Below, piece by piece: positions 1-8,230 of a stretch of 64,000 nucleotides of DNA. Position 1 is the first letter of the stretch. Each line of letters opens with the position of its first letter. The DNA comes from [Candidatus Thermochlorobacteriaceae] bacterium GBChlB (lineage in GTDB: Bacteria; Bacteroidota; Chlorobiia; Chlorobiales; Thermochlorobacteraceae). The position numbers and the translations under genes were made by a program. The stretch lies in the NCBI GenBank assembly GCA_000724175.1, contig JPGV01000029.1, positions 11,379 to 75,378 of the forward strand. Direction: 5' to 3'. Under the pieces are notes generated by a model. That model had not been told where the DNA came from. It did no database searches and saw only the letters and a program-made list of their open reading frames with translations.

Positions 1-415
1 TGGTCTCGCCTGCGCGCACAAGCGAATCGGGAATCGCATAAAGACGAAGGTCGCCGTTTTCGGGCTGCGCCACCGTTCCTGTTTTTCCGATAAGCACGCC
101 GTTCAAATATGCTTCATCTGCGCCATTGAGTTTGCCGAGCAGAAGGTAGAGCGGCTTGCTGGCGGCGGATGTCGGCACGAAAAATCTTTTTCGATACAGC
201 ACCAGTCCCGTGAATCCACGCAGCATTTCCGACTCGTCCCAATACGACGGAACAGAGATGCTTGACCATGCTGAATCGTTGAACATCGGCAACAGCGCGT
301 CGTTGCTTGCGCCCGCGCTGCCTGCAATGACTTTCCACGCGCCGTCGAGCCGAATGGACGTTTCTTGCGCCTCTGTTTGAACCGTTAGGAAACTCAACCC
401 CAGCAACAAGAGCAT
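1..415 (-). CDS. partial CDS (C-terminus lies outside window): secreted protein with galactose-binding-like (GH2 N-terminal type) sugar-binding domain
   Basis: Absent from the ORF track because it runs off the window edge. I translated the reverse strand from ATG at 415-413 and it stays open to position 1: MLLLLGLSFLTVQTEAQETSIRLDGAWKVIAGS...WSSISVPSYWDESEMLRGFTGLVLYRKRFFVPTSAASKPLYLLLGKLNGADEAYLNGVLIGKTG... It has a Sec-type signal and the W..I.VP..W / G..(L/W)YR..F.VP / A.(V/A)YLNG pattern of jelly-roll sugar-binding domains. Confidence 0.5.
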   Translation of the reverse strand, partial: MLLLLGLSFLTVQTEAQETSIRLDGAWKVIAGSAGASNDALLPMFNDSAWSSISVPSYWDESEMLRGFTGLVLYRKRFFVPTSAASKPLYLLLGKLNGADEAYLNGVLIGKTGTVAQPENGDLRLYAIPDSLVRAGET

Positions 416-428
416 CACTGTTGCGCGC

Positions 429-1340
429 TTACGCGGTTGAACCGGATTGCGCTTTTTGAATGGGTTTCGGCGAGGGCAGTTCCGATTTTTTTTGAGCATT
501 TTTTTTCTTCGGTTTCATCTCGATGGACAAGAAGCCCATGTGAAAGAGCGAATTGATTTCCGCGCCGAGCAGAAAAATCAGCGAGTTAAAATACATCCAG
601 ACCAAAATGGCAATTACCTTTGCAAGAATGGTGTAAGTTTGTCCGTAATTTTGATACTTGACATAATCGCCGAACCATGCGCAGAGCAACATCCACGCAA
701 TCGCCATGAACACTGCGCCGGGCAAAATGTGTTGCAGTTTTTGACCAATACGCAGCGAAAATTTGTAAATCAGAATCATTGAAAGCGTCATTACAACGAA
801 GGCAATGGGGAAGCGCGTGTAGGCGACGACATTTTTCAGCCACCGCATTTGAAGTTTGTATTCCAGCGTTCGCTCCAATTCGTAACCGAAGACGAGCAAG
901 TTAAACACCACGCCGAGCGCGACGCTCACAATGAGCACCAGTTCCAACGCAATCAGTTGCCGGCGCAGAAATCCATATCCGACCTCCGCTTTGTAGATGC
1001 GTTCCATGGCTTTCATAATCGTGGTAAAGACCGCTGCGGACGAGAAGAGCGCGAAGATGAGGCTGACGGTAAAAATACCGCCGCGTTTTTCAGCAAGCAG
1101 TTTTTCAATCGCTGTGTCAATCGGCGAATAGACTTCCTCTGGCACAACTTGCCCAATGAGGTTAGAGATAAGCAAAATCGTTTTCGGCGATTGCACGATG
1201 CTAAAAAAACTTACAAACACTAATATCGCGGGAACGAGCGACAGCACAAGGTTATACGACATCTCCGCCGCCAGCCCGAAGCAATCGTCATCATTGATTT
1301 TCGTCACCAACAATTTCAGTGTGCGAACTGTCTTCTTCAT
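429..1340 (-). CDS. YihY/BrkB (ribonuclease BN-like) family inner-membrane protein
   Basis: 303 aa. The N-terminal motif DDCFGLAAEMSYNLVLSLVPAIL is typical of the YihY family. Multiple hydrophobic helices and a Lys-rich C-terminal tail. Confidence 0.8.
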   Translation of the reverse strand: MKKTVRTLKLLVTKINDDDCFGLAAEMSYNLVLSLVPAILVFVSFFSIVQSPKTILLISNLIGQVVPEEVYSPIDTAIEKLLAEKRGGIFTVSLIFALFSSAAVFTTIMKAMERIYKAEVGYGFLRRQLIALELVLIVSVALGVVFNLLVFGYELERTLEYKLQMRWLKNVVAYTRFPIAFVVMTLSMILIYKFSLRIGQKLQHILPGAVFMAIAWMLLCAWFGDYVKYQNYGQTYTILAKVIAILVWMYFNSLIFLLGAEINSLFHMGFLSIEMKPKKKNAQKKSELPSPKPIQKAQSGSTA

Positions 1341-1356
1341 TCGCCCTCGACTGTAT

Positions 1357-2292
1357 TTAATCCAATTTCCAGAGCTTTACTGTTTTATCGTCGCTGCCTG
1401 TTACAAAGTACGATTCATCGGGAGAAACCGAAATGCTGTTAATTGTAAATGTGTGTCCGCCAAGGTTGCGGTCGATGGTCTCGATGGCTTGCACTTTGTC
1501 TAAGTCCCAAATTTTAATCGTCTTGTCTTGACTAACCGTCATGATTTCCCTGCCACCTCGAATGAAGGCAATGCCCTTGATGGCAAACGTGTGTGCTAAA
1601 ATTTTCACGCGCGGTTTCAGCGTTTTTCCATCGACGTCCCAAACGCGCAATCGAGCGTCTTTGCCGCCAGTAGCGAAGCGTTTGCCGTCGGCGGAAAATT
1701 GCACCGAAAAGACCGAGTCGCCGTGTCCTTCAATGGTTTGCAGCACATTCAACGTCTTTGCGTCAATGATTTTTACGAAGCGGTCGCTGCTGCCAGTGGC
1801 AATCAACTCGCCAGTGGGCGAGAACGCCATCGTGCGAATGTTGCCTTGATGCAGCGGAAGCACTTTTTTCAATGCGCCGCTCACGGCATCGTAGAGCCGC
1901 AAGACACCGCCGCTTGCCGCTACATAGAGTTCCGACTCATCGGGCGAGAGCATCAGGGCGTAGTTCGGCAAAAGTTGCGGGTTGACCGACGCAAGGTCAA
2001 ACTCTGGTAGCAGCGTTGCCTGCTTGTCAAACTTTTCGTCATAGACCATCACCGTGCCATCGCGTCCAGTCGTGAAAAACCGCTTGCCGCTTTTTGAAAA
2101 GAGCAGCGCGTAAATCGATTGCTTGTGGTCGGCAAGTCCGCCAATGGCTTTTTGCGCAGCGACATCGTAAATGAACACAGAGCGTAATCCTCCACCGGCG
2201 GCAAAGGAACTGCCATCGTGCGAGAACGCCGTCGCGTAGGCATTTTCGCGGTTCTCCAAAAAAGTTTGAAGCAATGTAACCCGAGTCGACAT
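1357..2292 (-). CDS. WD40-repeat beta-propeller protein
   Basis: 311 aa with repeated ..H...(V/I).S(V/I).FS.DG....(T/G)G..D..(V/I/L)(K/R)(L/I/V)WD units (TVKLWKLD, TIKIWDL, ARLRVWDV, FVKIIDA, VLRLYDA, TVMVYD, VFIYDV). Confidence 0.8.
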   Translation of the reverse strand: MSTRVTLLQTFLENRENAYATAFSHDGSSFAAGGGLRSVFIYDVAAQKAIGGLADHKQSIYALLFSKSGKRFFTTGRDGTVMVYDEKFDKQATLLPEFDLASVNPQLLPNYALMLSPDESELYVAASGGVLRLYDAVSGALKKVLPLHQGNIRTMAFSPTGELIATGSSDRFVKIIDAKTLNVLQTIEGHGDSVFSVQFSADGKRFATGGKDARLRVWDVDGKTLKPRVKILAHTFAIKGIAFIRGGREIMTVSQDKTIKIWDLDKVQAIETIDRNLGGHTFTINSISVSPDESYFVTGSDDKTVKLWKLD

Positions 2293-2316
2293 AACTGGAG
2301 CGAATGTTGAATAGCG

Positions 2317-2739
2317 TTATGAATGGTTATTTGAACTGCGCGTCGGCGCGCTTAAACGGCTCAAATACTCTTGCAATTTTTGCGCCGCCACGCTTGTCAC
2401 ATAACCGACGAGCGCGTCTTTTCCCACTTCAAAAAGATTTCCCAACACCTTTCTCGACAGAGACGCTTTCGGAGACGACGCCATCGGTTTGGCAGCGACC
2501 GCTTGTCGAGAAGCGTTTCCTTTAGCGCGACCGAGCCATGCGCCAGCGACTATCCCGATAACCGCTGCGGCACTGACCACAGCGACAGAGTTTTGTTTGA
2601 TAAACTGGCTGACCGATGTGCGACGTTCAACTTCCAACTTTAAACTGCGCCAGCGTCCGCGCATTTTTTTTTCACGCAAGCGAATGTCTTTTTGCAACAG
2701 CGCGCGGCGGCGGTCTATGTCTTTTTCATCGATGCTCAC
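2317..2739 (-). CDS. YqjK-like small membrane protein
   Basis: 140 aa. N-terminal Arg-rich helix (IDRRRALLQKDIRLREKKMRGRW) followed by one TM segment (VAVVSAAAVIGIVAGAWLG). Overlaps the upstream gene by 4 nt. Position and architecture mirror E. coli yqjK downstream of yqjD/yqjE (recalled from memory). Confidence 0.45.
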   Translation of the reverse strand: MSIDEKDIDRRRALLQKDIRLREKKMRGRWRSLKLEVERRTSVSQFIKQNSVAVVSAAAVIGIVAGAWLGRAKGNASRQAVAAKPMASSPKASLSRKVLGNLFEVGKDALVGYVTSVAAQKLQEYLSRLSAPTRSSNNHS

Positions 2740-3188
2740 GGCGCTGCTGTTTGCTTCGTGTCGGCGTTATCGTCATCATCATCGTCGTCGATAACGGGCG
2801 GCAGCTTATCCAGTTGCCGCTGAATGAGCTTCCACAACACATTTCGGAGCAAGGTCGGCGCCAGTTTTGTCAGCGCAAATACGGCAACAAACATTGTTAG
2901 ACTTATCGTCAGATAACCCAGCGAGGCTTTGCCGAAGAGCTCGCCCAAGAAAATTGCGACGGCGGTCATCAGATACACCACGCCGGCAAACGCGGCAGCA
3001 AACACAATGAGCGCCGCAGCAAGGCTCGCTAACGCTTCTGCCATATCGAGTTTCAGCAGTTCAATCTTCGCGGAGAAAATCGCTAATAGGTCGTCGTAAG
3101 TGTCTGCAAAAGCGCCCTCTATTAAGTCGATGGTGCGTTTATCTGCGGCGTCGCTTGGAGAAAATTGAGAAGATTTTTTGCCGCTCAT
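2736..3188 (-). CDS. YqjE-like / DUF1469 'phage holin family' membrane protein
   Basis: 150 aa. Two long hydrophobic helices (LAAALIVFAAAFAGVVYLMTAVAIFL; LTISLTMFVAVFALTKLAP) and an acidic D-run near the C-terminus. Sits between the YqjD-like and YqjK-like genes. Confidence 0.55.
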   Translation of the reverse strand: MSGKKSSQFSPSDAADKRTIDLIEGAFADTYDDLLAIFSAKIELLKLDMAEALASLAAALIVFAAAFAGVVYLMTAVAIFLGELFGKASLGYLTISLTMFVAVFALTKLAPTLLRNVLWKLIQRQLDKLPPVIDDDDDDDNADTKQTAAP

Positions 3189-3248
3189 AGTGTTCGCCAG
3201 TCGTTGCTTGCGCGGTTCAAAGTTTAGCTTCGTCAGGTTGAGTCTTTG

Positions 3249-3506
3249 TCAATCGTTGCGCCTGTTGAGCAACAGTCCAATCAAGACGCCTGCGCCGAGC
3301 GCAATCAGCGCCGATTGAATTGGGTTTTTCTCGATGTAGGTCGCTACATTGTCGGCAGCACGCTTGACCGTTTGATACTGCGGCGTCTCTTGCAGTTGTT
3401 CATAATACGCGCGCAAGCGCTCGTCCAACACCGTATCCTGATCGTCAAGATCAGCAGTTGTTTGACTTTTTTTCTCGCTCATGTCTCTACGATTTGGTTG
3501 AAACAT
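3249..3506 (-). CDS. DUF883 (YqjD/ElaB/YgaM-type) tail-anchored membrane protein
   Basis: 85 aa. Soluble helical N-terminal part, then the C-terminal anchor IEKNPIQSALIALGAGVLIGLLLNRR, which is the family-typical ending. Confidence 0.65.
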   Translation of the reverse strand: MFQPNRRDMSEKKSQTTADLDDQDTVLDERLRAYYEQLQETPQYQTVKRAADNVATYIEKNPIQSALIALGAGVLIGLLLNRRND

Positions 3507-3599
3507 CTTCTCCTTGAGAAACCAAACGAATTTACAAAAACTTTTCTATATTTGGTTTTCACTTCGAACATTAAGCATTTTTGAGAACGCAGTCGTCAG

Positions 3600-3968
3600 A
3601 TGCAACAACCCAATTCATCAGTGGCAAAAGAGTCTCAACTCTTGGCAGTAATGCCTCAGCTCGACCTGCATGAAGGCACGTCGGTCATGTTTAGATTTGA
3701 AAAGCACGGCGAGGCGTTGGAAGGGTTTGTCATTCGCCATCATGGGAACATTTACGCGTATCTCAACCTTTGTCCGCACGCCTCCGAGCCTATTATCGAC
3801 GGCACACAATCTGCCTTCAACAGCGACAAACGCTATATCGTCTGCCGCGAACACTTTGCGATGTTTAATCCCGAAACGGGCGTCTGCGTCAGCGGTCCGT
3901 GTCCGATTGCCGACCTGTATCGTCTGCCCGTCATTGTGCAAGGCGATATGATTTTTATCTCGACCTAA
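3600..3968 (+). CDS. Rieske [2Fe-2S] domain protein
   Basis: 122 aa. Ligand boxes C-P-H (LNLCPHAS) and C-x-x-H (IVCREHFAMF), followed by GPCP. Confidence 0.75.
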   Translation: MQQPNSSVAKESQLLAVMPQLDLHEGTSVMFRFEKHGEALEGFVIRHHGNIYAYLNLCPHASEPIIDGTQSAFNSDKRYIVCREHFAMFNPETGVCVSGPCPIADLYRLPVIVQGDMIFIST

Positions 3969-4113
3969 ATTTATTCCCCGCCTGTGCGTCGCAACGCCTA
4001 TTGAACAACGCGGAGACGGCGCTTTCGGCAACGCGCAACATAGGACACCGCTTGTGATGTCCCACTTCAAATCTGTGAGACGTTTTGTAACTTCGTGCTT
4101 CAAAAATTGAACT

Positions 4114-4482
4114 ATGCACTCAGAAAGCATTGTCGGAAAATTCATCATTGTCGGCGACCGTGTGTTGGTCAAACCGCGCACGTCCGAACAAACCAAATCA
4201 GGTTTGTTTTTGCCGCCGGGCGTTCAGGAAAAAGAGAAAATTCAAAGCGGGTATGTCTTAAAAACAGGGCCGGGCTACGCGGTCGCGCCGCCCCAAGACG
4301 CTGATGAAATCTGGAAACAATCGGCGAAATCACCGCAATACATTCCGCTTCAAGCGACCGAAGGCGACCTTGCCATTTACCTGCACAACTACGCCTACGA
4401 AATTGAATACGAACAGGAGAAGTATATGATTGTTCCGCATTCGGCGATTCTGCTGCTCATTCGAGAAGACGATTTAACTTAA
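4114..4482 (+). CDS. GroES/Cpn10-like co-chaperonin family protein (divergent, with insertion, no adjacent groEL)
   Basis: 122 aa. The N-terminus (I.VGDRVLVKPRTSEQTKSGLFLP...EK.QSG.VLKTGPG) matches the GroES mobile-loop and beta-core pattern. About 25 extra residues compared with canonical ~95-aa GroES. Confidence 0.55.
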   Translation: MHSESIVGKFIIVGDRVLVKPRTSEQTKSGLFLPPGVQEKEKIQSGYVLKTGPGYAVAPPQDADEIWKQSAKSPQYIPLQATEGDLAIYLHNYAYEIEYEQEKYMIVPHSAILLLIREDDLT

Positions 4483-4493
4483 ACCATCAAGTC

Positions 4494-5189
4494 ATGAAAA
4501 ACATCACGATTGCTCTGTTGCTTCTGCTTGCGGCAGTGGGCTGCCAGAATAAAACTGAAATCTCCTATGAAGATTTTGTGCGCTCCGTCAATAAAATCAA
4601 CGAAGGGCAAAAGGAAGTCTATGAAAAATCGCAGGAGATGACGAAGTTGATTCGAGAAGTGCAGCGCAAATATCCCAATGAGAAAATCACATTCGACACA
4701 TCGCTCGGACTTTCGCCCGACCAAGAGAAGAAACTCTTAGAGCTTGTTCAAAAAGAGCAAGATGTAAGCTCGAGAGGCTTGCTACAAAAAATTCTCGATA
4801 GCGAAAAAGAAATCGACGGCTTAAAAAAACAGGTGCAGGAAATTCAGGACAAACTGCCGACACCGCACGTCGTCAAGAAAGGCGAGACACACCGCGACAT
4901 CGCGCTTTCCTACTTAGAGACCGTTCATAAAATTGATAAGGAAAAAGCAAAAGAGTTGGTCGATAGAGTCGCGCTGGTCGATGAAATGGAAGTCGGTTAT
5001 TACACATGGCTGTACTACAACGACGGCGTTTTCGGCACATTCGTTACGCAGGGCGAATCAAAGGTCAATCCGAACAAACTTCGCTACTCGATGCGCAAGC
5101 GTCAACTTGAAAAAGCCCGCGAAGAAGGTCGTCAAGAAGGTATGCAGCAAGCCGCGCCCGCACCGACTGCAACCGACTCGATAAAATAA
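4494..5189 (+). CDS. lipoprotein with coiled-coil region and LysM-like segment
   Basis: 231 aa. Signal plus lipobox MKNITIALLLLLAAVGC. Central heptad-rich region. HVVKKGETHRDIALSYL resembles the start of a LysM domain. Confidence 0.45.
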   Translation: MKNITIALLLLLAAVGCQNKTEISYEDFVRSVNKINEGQKEVYEKSQEMTKLIREVQRKYPNEKITFDTSLGLSPDQEKKLLELVQKEQDVSSRGLLQKILDSEKEIDGLKKQVQEIQDKLPTPHVVKKGETHRDIALSYLETVHKIDKEKAKELVDRVALVDEMEVGYYTWLYYNDGVFGTFVTQGESKVNPNKLRYSMRKRQLEKAREEGRQEGMQQAAPAPTATDSIK

Positions 5190-5248
5190 TCGTAGACACA
5201 AAACACTGAATCGTGTAAAAAATACACTAACTTAATCAAGGGGACTAT

Positions 5249-6214
5249 ATGATGGAGACGGCAACGGAGACACATGTGTCGGCGAAGCAGGATTTGTTCG
5301 AGCAGATTGAGCAGCTAAAGAAAGCCATGAACGCCGTCATCCTCGCGCATTATTATCAGGAGCCAGATATTCAAGACGTCGCGGACTTTTTGGGCGACAG
5401 TCTTCAACTCGCGCAAGCCGCGCAGAAAACCGACGCCGACGTTATTGTCTTTGCAGGCGTTCACTTTATGGCGGAAACGGCAAAGATATTGAACCCGACC
5501 AAGCAAGTGCTTCTGCCCGACCTTGCCGCCGGATGCTCACTTGCCGACAGCGCGCCCGCGCCGCTCTTCGCCGCCTTCAAAGCGCAACACCCCGACGCTG
5601 TTGTGATTAGCTACATCAATTGCACCGCCGAAATCAAAGCACTCTCGGATATTATTTGCACGTCGTCCAACGCCGAAAAAATCGTGCGGTCTGTTCCCGC
5701 CGATAAAAAAATCATCTTTGCGCCTGATAAAAATCTCGGCGCGTATCTCATAAAAAAGACGGGACGCGAGATGATTCTCTGGCAAGGCTCTTGCATCGTC
5801 CATGAAACATTTTCAGAGCGAAAGCTCATCTGGCTGAAAACGCGCCACCCGCACGCCAAAGTCATTGCGCACCCAGAATGCAAATCGCCCGTCTTAGCAC
5901 ATGCGGACTTCATCGGCTCGACGCGCGCGCTCTTGGAATACACCATGAAAAACGACGCGACGGAGTTCATTGTCGTTACCGAAGCGGGCATCTTGCACGA
6001 GATGGAAAAAAAATCGCCTCACAAAAAATTCATCGCTGCGCCGCCGAACAGCGAATCCAGTTGCAACTGCAACGAGTGTCCGTATATGAAACTCAACACG
6101 CTGGAAAAACTCTATCTGTGTATGACACATCGGGCGCCAGAACTGACGATGCCCGAAGCACTGCGCGCTCAAGCCGAAAAATCGCTCCTCAGAATGTTGG
6201 AACTGTCCGCTTAA
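5249..6214 (+). CDS. nadA: quinolinate synthase
   Basis: 321 aa. [41 protein letters not shown] and a C-terminal C.C.ECPYM Fe-S cysteine pattern typical of NadA. Confidence 0.95.
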   Translation: MMETATETHVSAKQDLFEQIEQLKKAMNAVILAHYYQEPDIQDVADFLGDSLQLAQAAQKTDADVIVFAGVHFMAETAKILNPTKQVLLPDLAAGCSLADSAPAPLFAAFKAQHPDAVVISYINCTAEIKALSDIICTSSNAEKIVRSVPADKKIIFAPDKNLGAYLIKKTGREMILWQGSCIVHETFSERKLIWLKTRHPHAKVIAHPECKSPVLAHADFIGSTRALLEYTMKNDATEFIVVTEAGILHEMEKKSPHKKFIAAPPNSESSCNCNECPYMKLNTLEKLYLCMTHRAPELTMPEALRAQAEKSLLRMLELSA

Positions 6215-6218
6215 CTGA

Positions 6219-6839
6219 ATGGAGAACGCATTGAACATTGGCTCGCTCGATGACCTCATTCGTTGGGGCGGCTACCTTGTTCTCTTTGCGATTATCTTTT
6301 CTGAAACGGGACTGTTCTTTGGATTTCTCTTGCCCGGCGACTCATTGCTCATCACTGCTGGGCTTGCCTGCGCCAACGGCACCCTGGATTTTGCCACAAC
6401 TCTTTTTGTTATGACCACCGCGGCAATTCTGGGAGACTCGACAGGCTACTTCATCGGCAAGTCGCTCGGCATAACGCTTTTTCAAAAAGAAGACTCTGCA
6501 TTTTTCAAACGAGAATACTTGCGCCGCACCGACGAGTTCTACAAAAAACACGGTGGAAAGACCATCTTCTTTGCGCGTTTCGCGCCCATTGTGCGCAGTT
6601 TTGCAACCACCGTTGCGGGCGTGGCGCAGATGCCGTATCCGACGTTTGTTCTCTTCAGCGTCTCTGGCGCGACCACGTGGATTTTGTCGCTCACCGGACT
6701 TGGCTATTTTCTCGGCTCTCAATTTCCCGAAATGGAAAAATATATCAATCTTGTCATTGCTGTCTCTGTTGCGCTAATTGTGCTTAGCACGCTTTTTCGT
6801 CTAGCGAAAGCAAGGTTTTTCGAACACAAGTCGCCCTGA
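6219..6839 (+). CDS. DedA family membrane protein
   Basis: 206 aa. FSETGLFFGFLLPGDSLL, KHGGKTIFFARFAPIVRSFATTVAG. Confidence 0.85.
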   Translation: MENALNIGSLDDLIRWGGYLVLFAIIFSETGLFFGFLLPGDSLLITAGLACANGTLDFATTLFVMTTAAILGDSTGYFIGKSLGITLFQKEDSAFFKREYLRRTDEFYKKHGGKTIFFARFAPIVRSFATTVAGVAQMPYPTFVLFSVSGATTWILSLTGLGYFLGSQFPEMEKYINLVIAVSVALIVLSTLFRLAKARFFEHKSP

Positions 6840-6884
6840 ACATCGCGCATAAAATTTCCTATAACTGCTTCTGAACACTTCACT

Positions 6885-7538
6885 ATGGATTGGATTAAAA
6901 ATTTCATCGATGTTATTCTGCACCTCGATAAATCTCTTGCTGATTTGGGACAAGAATATGGTGTTTGGATCTACGCCATTTTATTCTTTATCATTTTTTG
7001 CGAGACAGGATTGGTGCTTACGCCATTCTTGCCCGGCGATTCGCTGCTCTTTGCCGTCGGCGCGCTTGCCGCAACAGGCGGGCTTGACATTCTAACGATA
7101 CTTGTCTTGCTTTCTATCGCTGCCGTGTTAGGCGATACAGTCAATTATTGGATTGGCGCGAAGTTCGGCGACTATTTCATTCACCACCCGTCGAAGCTGA
7201 TAAAAAAAGAGTATCTCGATAGAACTCATGCGTTTTATGAGAAACACGGCGGCAAGACCATTATTATTGCACGCTTTGCGCCAATTGTGCGCACCTTTGC
7301 GCCGTTTGTCGCAGGCGTCGGCGATATGACTTATCGCACATTTCTGATGTTCAACATCGTGGGTGGGTTGCTCTGGATTTTCTCGCTGACGCTCGCGGGA
7401 TTTTTCTTCGGAAACATTCCCTTTGTCAAGAAAAATTTTTCGCTCGTCATCTTCGGAATTATTTTGGTCTCGCTCCTGCCGATGATTTGGGAATTTGTCA
7501 AAGAGCGGTTCATCAATCCGAAAACAGAAACGAAGTAG
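6885..7538 (+). CDS. DedA family membrane protein (tandem paralog)
   Basis: 217 aa. FCETGLVLTPFLPGDSLL, KHGGKTIIIARFAPIVRTFAPFVAG. Clearly paralogous to the preceding gene. Confidence 0.85.
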   Translation: MDWIKNFIDVILHLDKSLADLGQEYGVWIYAILFFIIFCETGLVLTPFLPGDSLLFAVGALAATGGLDILTILVLLSIAAVLGDTVNYWIGAKFGDYFIHHPSKLIKKEYLDRTHAFYEKHGGKTIIIARFAPIVRTFAPFVAGVGDMTYRTFLMFNIVGGLLWIFSLTLAGFFFGNIPFVKKNFSLVIFGIILVSLLPMIWEFVKERFINPKTETK

Positions 7539-7565
7539 ATTTAATACAATTCGTGTTGAGGCGAT

Positions 7566-7998
7566 ATGACGGATAAACAGATTCAAGCCTTAGAGCTCGA
7601 ACTCAAACTGCTGAAAGAGCAAAATCGCGCCGCCGAAGCAAAGCTCGATAGACGGCTTGAAGAACTCGACAAGCGCTTGGTTGAGCTTAAAGCGCAGGGC
7701 GACCAAACACTGCGGGCTTAAAGCACAGGGCGACCAATCGTTCCGCGAGCTTAAAGAACGCGGAGAGCAGGCGCAAGCAGAGACAACTCGAAAATTAGAT
7801 GGGATTCTCGAGGTTGCTTCAATACTGGCGCGGGCAATGGCTTTATCTAACGACCGCTTCGAGAAAGAACAAATCGAGCGACAAAAAGTGTTGGATACAT
7901 TAACTGCAAATACAAACATACTTATCGCCTTGACGGAAGAGTTGAAATCGCGGAGAAAAAACGGAAAAGGCGACGACGGGACAAACGGTCAAAAATAG
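7566..7998 (+). CDS. coiled-coil protein, apparently frame-shifted inside a 33-nt tandem repeat (7566-7721 and 7716-7998 are in different frames)
   Basis: ATG at 7566 gives [51 protein letters not shown], with the stop at 7719-7721. The other frame continues [29 protein letters not shown]... to 7998. The N-terminal 20 aa of track ORF 7657-7998 are an out-of-frame reading of the same helix. Confidence 0.4.
7685..7756 (+). repeat. imperfect tandem repeat, nominal 33-nt unit (GCTTAAAGCRCAGGGCGACCAA...); first copy is only 31 nt
   Basis: Copy 1 is 7685-7715 (31 nt). Copy 2 is 7716-7748 (33 nt). A partial third copy starts at 7749 (GCTTAAAG). Each unit encodes [11 protein letters not shown]. Confidence 0.7.
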
Positions 7999-8001
7999 GT
8001 T

Positions 8002-8226
8002 ATGTATAAACTCACGAAGCGCAAGCGGGAAGAAATTCTCACATCAAAACAAGAGTTGGAACAAAAAATTAAACGCGGCAAACGAACGGCAGCAAGACTT
8101 CGAAAAGACAAGGACGACCGGCTCTCGCAGACGATTGCCGATACGTTGGAAGTCGTCATTCAATACGCACAAAGTCAAGTGCGACAAACCAACGAGTGGC
8201 TGCTGCCGCCAAAGAAAAAAAAGTAA
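8002..8226 (+). CDS. small basic coiled-coil protein, unknown function
   Basis: 74 aa, Lys/Arg/Glu-rich helix. Starts 3 nt after the previous ORF and ends 4 nt before the nadB ATG. No family recognised. Confidence 0.3.
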   Translation: MYKLTKRKREEILTSKQELEQKIKRGKRTAARLRKDKDDRLSQTIADTLEVVIQYAQSQVRQTNEWLLPPKKKK

Positions 8227-8230
8227 CCGC

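Noticed and set aside
3519-3558. Inverted repeat AAACCAAA ... TTTGGTTT in the divergent yqjD-like/Rieske intergenic region
   Set aside because: The arms are 8 bp, A/T-rich and 24 nt apart. A regulator site is plausible, but nothing distinguishes it from chance without comparative data.
5190-5248. Possible NAD+ riboswitch / nadA-motif leader
   Set aside because: Only 59 nt are available, and I saw no tandem stem-bulge architecture or conserved CAACCCC/ACGG-like cores. A covariance-model scan would be needed to be certain.
8135-8230. 5' extensions of several track ORFs (nadB 8135, ABC ATPase to 11885, uxaC to 24421, uxaA to 25964, uxaB to 29789, Tat protein to 42114, TBDR to 46635, uidA to 48584, OM barrel to 53834, MFS to 57307, flippase-like to 63720)
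   Set aside because: In each case an internal Met starts a recognisable family N-terminus or signal peptide. The extension also overlaps the neighbouring gene or a repeat element.
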